A DNA stretch of 14,777 nucleotides from a virus, in the IMG/VR virus record IMGVR_UViG_3300021255_003692; one strand, 5' to 3'. The position numbers were made by a program, and so were the translations under genes. This document shows, in pieces, positions 8,529-14,777 of the stretch (positions are counted from its first letter, which is position 1; each line of letters starts with the position of its first letter). Under the pieces are notes generated by a model. That model was not told the DNA's origin. It saw only the letters and a list, made by a program, of their open reading frames with translations, and did no database searches.

Positions 8529-10148
8529 TTATACAATTGAATTGTCAAGACTAAAATCACCGATATTGTCGTGTGTATGCCATACTGTTACACCTCTACG
8601 ACATGCATTGTTTATTTGTTCCATATAACTAGATGGTACATCTCCATAACCTATTGAGTCACTAGAGCCAATTTGAATGTAGTTCCAATTTCTACGGCCA
8701 GTTAAATGTGGTGTATCTAGTCTTTTTATAGCATAACCAAATCTAGTGAAATAGTCATCAATGACCTTAAGATATTGTAATTTACATCGCATCTTTTTAA
8801 ATACAAAAGTATTTTTCTTTTCTGCAAAATTTACATCACCATTGTTTTGACCACCAGATATTGCTGGAAGTAATGATGCTTGATAAAATTGACCAATAGT
8901 ATTTGCAACAGTTCCAGCAAGTGACATGGTCGCTCCTACCATTCCAATAGGATTTGCAGTTGCAACCGCAACAGCACCACCAATACTAGCACTAATTAGA
9001 TTTGTTGTAATATTTACACCATTTTGTGTAAGCCAATTGGTAAATGCATCACTAGTCCATGAGCCAGTTGGATATTTTGCAAGTGGTAAACATTCATCAT
9101 AGTTATAGTCAACACCTTTGTAATCTCTAGGCACAGCACGTATTGAACAACCAACTGAAATTGCACCCATAATATTAAATAAAAATTCATTTTGACTAAA
9201 ATCTTCATATTTATAAATATTTACATTTCCAATATTATTTGAAACAAGTAAATAATTATATGGATAAATAAAACACTTTTTATTACGTGGGGTATAGTCC
9301 GTATATGATGTTACTTTACTAATTGGAAAAGCTAACTCTAAATTTGCATCACTTTTATTTAGTCTTTTATAATCATAAGATATTTGTGTTGTTTTGTCAG
9401 ATGGAGTAAAAGTGTCAGTGAGTGTTGTTGTATTTTGACATAATACTTTAGGTACAACAAACAATGCTTCAATATCTCCAGTTGCTGATTTTTGATTTGC
9501 ATGGTCAATGTAATATGACAATGCCATAATACCTACAACATCTGCATCAAATAAATATATTCTTTTTCCAAATAAATTTCCATTATACATATTAACACCA
9601 ACATATCTCAATTCAGGCGGTTCATGATTACTATTAAACTCAATTGAAGATAAAATAGCAAAATAAAATTCATCACCAAGTCCAGTAAATTCATCTTCAG
9701 CAATTTCTTCTACATCTCCAATATTCAAATTTTCATCAATTAAATTACTTCCAATTGTATCAACTAATTCGTGCTGACGTTCTATAAAACATTTTTTTGC
9801 AGACCACTTATCATACCATGTTGACCACGCATCTATTGTATATCTTATTTCTGTGTTTTCTTCACCTCTATAAATTACTTCATCAATAAAAGCAAAAAAC
9901 CATTTATTTGAGTAGTCTTTATTTTGAAATGCTATATAGTTAGCATTTAAAGCTTGACTATATGTAAAGTTAGTAAATATATTTCCAGTTGTACGTATAA
10001 ATGAATAGTCATCATCTCTTGCAACAAGATGCTCATTACTTCTACACAATGTTAGCATTTGATTTTCTGTATAACTCAATACATTTACATAACTTTTGTC
10101 TAGTCTTATATTTTTGCATAATATTATTTCACTTTTTAAAGTTGTCAT
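8529..10148 (-). CDS. Tail knob / distal tail tube protein, phi29 gp9-like
   Basis: AGGAGG RBS; MTTLKSEIILCKNIRLDKSYVNVLSYTENQML..., YRYTIDAWSTWYDKW-type motif (IRYTIDAWSTWYDKWSAKKCFIERQHE), hydrophobic Gly/Ala-rich loop, TGRRNWNYIQ C-terminal region. Confidence 0.82.
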   Translation of the reverse strand: MTTLKSEIILCKNIRLDKSYVNVLSYTENQMLTLCRSNEHLVARDDDYSFIRTTGNIFTNFTYSQALNANYIAFQNKDYSNKWFFAFIDEVIYRGEENTEIRYTIDAWSTWYDKWSAKKCFIERQHELVDTIGSNLIDENLNIGDVEEIAEDEFTGLGDEFYFAILSSIEFNSNHEPPELRYVGVNMYNGNLFGKRIYLFDADVVGIMALSYYIDHANQKSATGDIEALFVVPKVLCQNTTTLTDTFTPSDKTTQISYDYKRLNKSDANLELAFPISKVTSYTDYTPRNKKCFIYPYNYLLVSNNIGNVNIYKYEDFSQNEFLFNIMGAISVGCSIRAVPRDYKGVDYNYDECLPLAKYPTGSWTSDAFTNWLTQNGVNITTNLISASIGGAVAVATANPIGMVGATMSLAGTVANTIGQFYQASLLPAISGGQNNGDVNFAEKKNTFVFKKMRCKLQYLKVIDDYFTRFGYAIKRLDTPHLTGRRNWNYIQIGSSDSIGYGDVPSSYMEQINNACRRGVTVWHTHDNIGDFSLDNSIV

Positions 10149-10150
10149 TT

Positions 10151-11234
10151 TTACCTCCTAATACTAAAATCTATAACTTGCTTAAAATCAGTCCCGCATA
10201 AATCAGTTGCATAAAATATTTTGTTTTCTTTGAATGACATAAACAAGTCGCGTAATTTTTCATTCTTAATTGATATATTATATATATCTCTTTGCCATAA
10301 TTTTGACATTTTAATTGTATCACTAAATACAATTAAATCATCTGAAAAATCTTTATGATGTGGCCTTATAAACCAGCATACTTCTTTTGTTTCTTTGTCC
10401 ATTAGATATTCACTTAAAAACCTAAAATTTTGGTATTGAAAACCAAATCTAAATAAAACTTGATATTCTTTATAAGATTTTGGTAAATGTGGTTGTGGTG
10501 ATGTTTCCCATGCTCCAGTGTTTATCATTTCAGCATTTGTTCCAATTGTTCCAGATGACTGACCAGTTGACTTACAATATTCTACTGCAATTTTTATTTT
10601 TTCATCATCTACACCATTAATTATTATCTCTTTTATTGTGCCTTGTTTTTGTGAACTTATAACTTCATGTAAACCCCAGTCATAAATATATGGACATACT
10701 CTTGATATTGTATTACCTACAAGCCATAGTCTAGTTGTAAGTCTTTTTCTATCTACTGTTGCATAAAAATTCATCAGTTTATTACTTTCATTTGCCATAT
10801 ATATAGACCTTGACATAAATTCTTCAAATATTATGTCGTCAACATCTAGGTAACTAGCTCCAGCATAATTCTGTTCGGTAGAAAGTGCAACTACATATCC
10901 TATTTTGTCAAATCTTTTTGTTTTTCCAGTTTCATTGTCATAAATCGACAAGTATAGACATTTTCTATATAAAGTAATACAGTTGAATTTTCCGTCTGTA
11001 AGTTTTGCAACGTCAACATCTTGAAAGTATTGTTCTATTTTTTCACTGGTTATTTCTTCTTTCCATCTACGCATAAGTATGAATCTGCGACCAGTTTTTA
11101 AATATTTTTCAACACCTTTTTTGTGTTTCAATTGATAGCTTTTTCCATTGGAACGTTCACCGATATATCAAATTAAATCTAGCTCCTAATTTATCAATAT
11201 TGTCTAAATTGTAATGAATTTTTTTACTATTCAT
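10151..11234 (-). CDS. DNA-packaging ATPase (phi29 gp16-like), interrupted by one +1 frameshift at CGG_T inside the Walker A region (11162-11159)
   Basis: GGAGG RBS then MNSKKIHYNLDNIDKLGARFNLIY, C-skip, GERSNGKSYQLKHKKGVEKYLKTGRRFILMRRWKEEI... Walker A = GERSNGKS; DDIIFEEF resembles Walker B. 360 aa after the shift. Confidence 0.9.
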
Positions 11235-11409
11235 TGTGTCCCTCCACTAGTAAAGTTGATAATTCTTTATAAATTTCATTTCTTATTTGTTTTATTTTTT
11301 CTTTTTTTGCTTTTCCAGTATATACGTTATTTGTTGATATTTTTAAATTTTTACAAATATTACTTATTCTTATTTTACTAAATTTTTTTATAAATTCTAA
11401 ATCTGTCAT
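11227..11409 (-). CDS. Small HTH-like DNA-binding protein candidate (60 aa)
   Basis: KFSKIRISNICKNLKISTNNVYTGKAKKEKIKQIRNEI has helix-turn-helix-like spacing; overlaps the ATPase start. Confidence 0.4.
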   Translation of the reverse strand: MTDLEFIKKFSKIRISNICKNLKISTNNVYTGKAKKEKIKQIRNEIYKELSTLLVEGHNE

Positions 11410-11414
11410 ATTCT

Positions 11415-13480
11415 CTACTCCTTAAAAATAGCTCTTTTGCTACTTTCATCACTTAATAAATTTGCATATTCCTCTGACTTACCTAGTTCATAAGTTGTTG
11501 GTATTAATACGCAACCATATTTGTCTGTGACTTTATAGCTTTTTCCTTTGTAATCAGTAAGTACAAAATTTTCCATTTCATCATTATATACTAACATGTT
11601 TTTATTAGTATATTTATATGGAAATACCAAACCATCTTTGAAGTCTTCTAATGTTTTTAATGCTTTAGCACCGTTCTTTTGGAACTCCTGAAACAGTTAT
11701 GTGAATATCTCCATATTTTTTGTCCCTATATGCGTATTTTTTAGCACCTTGAGTAATAAATTCTTTGTAGTCTGCGTCATGGTCAAATACACCTAACATT
11801 CTAGTTTTTCCTTTTACATCTTTAGGCATAAATTTTTCTATGGGTATATCTAAATCTTCACTTGCTTTTTTAATTTTTTCTTCTACTTGTTTATTATAAT
11901 TTTTTATAACATTTATATCAAAACCGTTCTTTTAGTTTTAAACTGTCTGTGTCGCAATATATTACATATTTGTCTAATTTTATCAAATTTTCTAGTAAAT
12001 TACATCTTGCATGTGCTGTTACCCATACACCCCATGCAAATGATAAAAAACCCTTTTTTCTTTCATATTTTAATTTTTCTAATATTTCATTGTTTGTTAG
12101 TGGTCGTTCTTTCCAACCTATTTCATTGTCAAAAATCACTTCATCTTTTATATTATTTGTAACACTCATTCCATATAAACTATTGAATTTTGCTTTTTCT
12201 AAAGCATATTCTAGTTCTTTTCCTTTTACATCTTTATATTCTGTTTTTGCAATATACTTTTTTAAAGTAAATTCTATATATTCTTTTGGTAAATATCCGT
12301 ATTTTGCAAAATAACTCTCTATAATCTCGTATGTTCCAGCATATGATTTTAATAAAAATCTAAAATCAACATCAGTAAGTACTATTTCAATTTCATCTGC
12401 ACCAATTAATCGACCATTGTCATATTTTGCACCATTTATTTTTTTACATTTATTTTGTGATATAAAATTATTAAAATATTTACATTTTATATTTTTAAAT
12501 CTAACTACTAATAAATAAGCAAAATTCTTTGACATTTGTTCTAATCTTTCTAGCTTACATTTCATAAATGGTGACATTGGAAATTTGTGTGTAACCATAA
12601 CATAAGGATATGAACTAGTAAAGTCATAACTTGAAACATTTTTTATAATTTCATCTGTGTATATCCAATTCGCATGAGTATATCCTCCAGCAAATGCATC
12701 TAAAAGTAAGTTATAAACATGTCCATCTATGTTAGTACAAAATTTTACTTTTGACTTATAGTCCCAGTTTTTTGAAAGTACTTTCTTAAATTCACGTCTT
12801 ACATGGCCAGTACTTGTAATTGGTATATTTTTACTTGTTTTGTAAGTTTCCAGTTCTCTTTTTATATATTCATATACGACTAGACAGTCATTCTCACAAT
12901 ATTTTAGCTCTTTTTCTGTAAGTTTTGTGTTGCTATGCCTTAATTTTGAATAGTCCATATTACCTACTAATTTTTCAACTGATAATTTGTAAATATTAGG
13001 TAATTTTTCAAGTTTTACATTTGTCATATATAAAGAACATCTAAATTCAAAATTAAATTCTTCAATTTCACATTTCATGACTTTGTGCGATTTTCTAGCA
13101 AGTACATTTTTAAAATTAAATATATTTCTTAAGAACTGAAATTCAAATGATAAATTGTGTACATATACAATTTTTGTTACATTTTTGCTATATGTAAATA
13201 TTTCAATTTTTTCAAAAAAATCATATAATTCTTGCCATGTCCTACCATAATATACAATGTCATTAATTGAAAACATCCAAATATACATACATGACATAAA
13301 GATACATTCTTCTTGTTCTTTTTTTGTTAAATCTAAATAATCAATAGCTTTCATTTGTTTACCATTTAAAATAATATAAGATGTTGTTTCAATATCAAAT
13401 GTATATATGTTTTTATCAAACATTTTCTTTTTACCCATTATGTCTAAATCATGTCCCCTATATTCTTTCCAATAAATCAT
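11415..13480 (-). CDS. Protein-primed family B DNA polymerase, interrupted by two +1 frameshifts at CGG_T (11926-11923 and 11673-11670)
   Basis: YTFDIETTSY (ExoI), SYDFTSSYPYVM (motif A), KFNSLYGMSVTN (motif B), YCDTDSL (motif C), then in +1 frame EGFDINVIKNYNKQVEEKIK...TRMLGVFDHDADYKEFITQGAKKYAYRDKKYGDIHITVSGVPKE (KxY-type motif), then in the next +1 frame GAKALKTLEDFKDGLVFPYKYTNKNML... Total 687 aa. Confidence 0.93.
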
Positions 13481-14064
13481 TATCCGTTTACTCCTTTAGC
13501 ATATTCATATAAAGATAACAAATCATTATATAATTTTTCATCTAAAGTTCTATCATATACATAGACTCTTATATTATCAAGCCATGTTTCAAAATCGTCG
13601 TTTTTGTGTTCTCTCTCCCAGTCCCAGAATATTCCTCCAGCTGTTTTTTCACTAGCTCCAAAATAATCGTATATCCAGGTATAATTTCTTTCAGCTTGAA
13701 ATAATGCATTGAGTCTTTCTTTTGTAAGTTTTAGTCCAGTTTTATCTTCATACCTTTTTTGGTAAGCTTTTACTCCTGCTACTCTTGATGTTTCTTGATT
13801 TAAAAACTTTTTAGTTGCTTTTATTACTTTCTTCATTTCAAAGGCTGAAAGACTAGACTTTACAGCAACACGCCCCTTTGGTGTCCAAGCATTTAAACTA
13901 TCTATTGATAAATAATCAGCAAGTTGTTTTGTTGCAAAACCCTCTTGAAAACCAGTTTCACGTTCTAATCTTACAATTCTTTGATTTGCTCTTTTGCTTA
14001 ATTTTTTCATTTCTGCAAATAAAGATGACTCGTAAGGAGTCATCTCTCTTCTTTTATTTGCCAT
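13480..14064 (-). CDS. Candidate genome-linked terminal protein (gp3-like by position)
   Basis: 194 aa, basic N-terminus MANKRREMTPYESSLFAEMKKLSKRANQR..., directly upstream of and 1-nt overlapping the protein-primed polymerase start. Confidence 0.55.
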   Translation of the reverse strand: MANKRREMTPYESSLFAEMKKLSKRANQRIVRLERETGFQEGFATKQLADYLSIDSLNAWTPKGRVAVKSSLSAFEMKKVIKATKKFLNQETSRVAGVKAYQKRYEDKTGLKLTKERLNALFQAERNYTWIYDYFGASEKTAGGIFWDWEREHKNDDFETWLDNIRVYVYDRTLDEKLYNDLLSLYEYAKGVNG

Positions 14065-14087
14065 TTGCTTTCACTTCCTTACGATAA

Positions 14088-14501
14088 TTAAAATGGTAAA
14101 TCGTTATCGCTTTCTTCTTTCTCGTTTTTTGTTTCTTCTTTCTTATTTGCTTTTAGTACTGGTACTGCTTTATATGTTTTTCCTTTTTTTGTTTTGATTT
14201 GTGTTAATATGACTTTGTCAACTTTTCCAAAATATGTGATAACACTTTCTAAAAATACTTCACTTCCAGATGATATTAGTCCATATTCTTCAGTATCAAA
14301 ATATGTTACTGAAAAATCTTTGTCGTCTGTTGTGATATGACATACTGCGTATCCTATTATTTTAACTTGTGCCCCTATCATGTCAGCTAATTTTTGAGAT
14401 GTTAAGTCACCATTTTTTGCCATTAGTTCGAATATCTCACTTTCACATGTTCCTTTCTTTTCCAAAATTTCTACTTTGTAAGTTCTTTTTTGTTCATCCA
14501 T
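14088..14501 (-). CDS. Single-stranded DNA-binding-like protein
   Basis: Start MDEQKRTYKVEILEKKG with GAGAGG upstream; acidic C-terminal tip ...EKEESDNDLPF* resembles the bacterial SSB tip. Confidence 0.65.
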   Translation of the reverse strand: MDEQKRTYKVEILEKKGTCESEIFELMAKNGDLTSQKLADMIGAQVKIIGYAVCHITTDDKDFSVTYFDTEEYGLISSGSEVFLESVITYFGKVDKVILTQIKTKKGKTYKAVPVLKANKKEETKNEKEESDNDLPF

Positions 14502-14559
14502 CTTTGTTCCTCTCTTTCTTGCTATTAGGTAGCAACCCGCGTATATAAAAGATTTTGTC

Positions 14560-14654
14560 AAGAGATAATAGGACTCGAACCTATATTAACACCCGACTCT
14601 AGTACTATGGCCATGTTTATAAAGTACAAACTCTTCCAATTGAGTTATATCTCT
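14560..14654 (-). tRNA. tRNA-like RNA with canonical acceptor, D- and T-arms but a non-canonical, expanded anticodon/variable region; amino-acid identity not assignable
   Basis: Minus strand AGAGATA...TATCTCT acceptor (7/7 bp), ACTC-AATTGGAA-GAGT D-arm, ATAGG-TTCGAGT-CCTAT T-arm; 45 nt lie between the D- and T-arms instead of about 22-23 in a class I tRNA. Could be a degenerate tRNA or a tRNA-like packaging/regulatory RNA. Confidence 0.6.
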
Positions 14655-14668
14655 TTGACAATTATTAC

Positions 14669-14695
14669 TATATACCAAAACGAATAATTTGTCAA
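14669..14695 (-). promoter_or_regulatory. Inward-facing sigma-A-like promoter in the right ITR
   Basis: Mirror copy of the left ITR promoter: TTGACA at 14695-14690, TATATA -10 at about 14674-14669, upstream of the tRNA-like RNA and the minus-strand operon. Confidence 0.55.
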
Positions 14696-14777
14696 TAGAA
14701 AAAAGTAAAAAAGATGAAAAAAATTCTAACTATTAGTAAACTAATTATGTAAACTAATTATAACATTATGTAACTAA
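14671..14777. repeat. Right inverted terminal repeat
   Basis: Exact reverse complement of 1-107. Confidence 0.97.

Noticed and set aside
769-11926. Stop-codon reassignment or readthrough as the explanation for the interrupted genes
   Set aside because: The continuing protein is in a different frame in all four cases, so readthrough cannot restore it. The stops encountered are TAG, TGA, TGA and TAA, and all three stop codons also terminate intact genes here.
769-11926. A simple blanket artefact that inserts C before every GGT or at every CGGT
   Set aside because: At least seven other CGGT occurrences (for example AGC GGT near 1300, GGC GGT near 3516, TTC GGT near 5980, GTC GGT near 7644, ATC GGT near 8562 minus strand) and many GGT codons leave the frame intact. 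A sporadic error or deliberate alteration at four sites is not excluded and must be checked in reads.
11656-11934. prfB-type +1 frameshifting or poly-A slippage in the polymerase gene
   Set aside because: No internal Shine-Dalgarno plus CUU UGA-type slippery sequence is seen, and the ATPase and lysin sites have no A-run (ATATATCGGT, AAATGTCGGT). The common denominator is in-frame CGG_T.
14530-14560. TTGACA at the 3' end of the tRNA-like RNA as an internal promoter for the SSB gene
   Set aside because: TTGACA is present on the minus strand, but no acceptable -10 is found at 16-18 nt spacing (it falls in CGCGGGTTG); only a TATATA at too short a distance.
1-14777. CRISPR array, transposon, retroelement/DGR or toxin-antitoxin module
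   Set aside because: No regularly spaced repeats, transposase, reverse transcriptase, TR/VR pair or recognisable toxin pair was found in any frame.

Overview
The window looks like a complete linear genome of a small, AT-rich, protein-primed (phi29-like) phage of a Firmicutes-type host. The first and last 107 nt are a perfect inverted terminal repeat. Plus strand: small early ORFs, glucosaminidase lysin, small cytosine-methyltransferase-like protein, M23 peptidase, YvrJ/holin-like peptide, scaffold-like protein, major capsid protein with an Ig-like C-terminus, upper collar, lower collar, and fibre-like and SGNH-hydrolase proteins. A bidirectional terminator follows. Minus strand: SSB-like protein, candidate terminal protein, protein-primed DNA polymerase, small HTH-like ORF, gp16-like packaging ATPase and tail knob, plus a tRNA-like RNA next to the right ITR. 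The most striking observation is that three key enzymes (lysin, packaging ATPase, DNA polymerase) are interrupted four times. Every interruption is at an in-frame CGG codon followed by T, and each is repaired by a +1 shift that skips the C and reads GGT (Gly). I found no in-frame CGG in any intact gene, while about 19 out-of-frame CGG occurrences (7 of them CGGT) are harmless. This fits systematic +1 recoding at an unassigned or hungry CGG codon, or quadruplet CGGU decoding as Gly. Sequencing error or sequence alteration must be excluded first.
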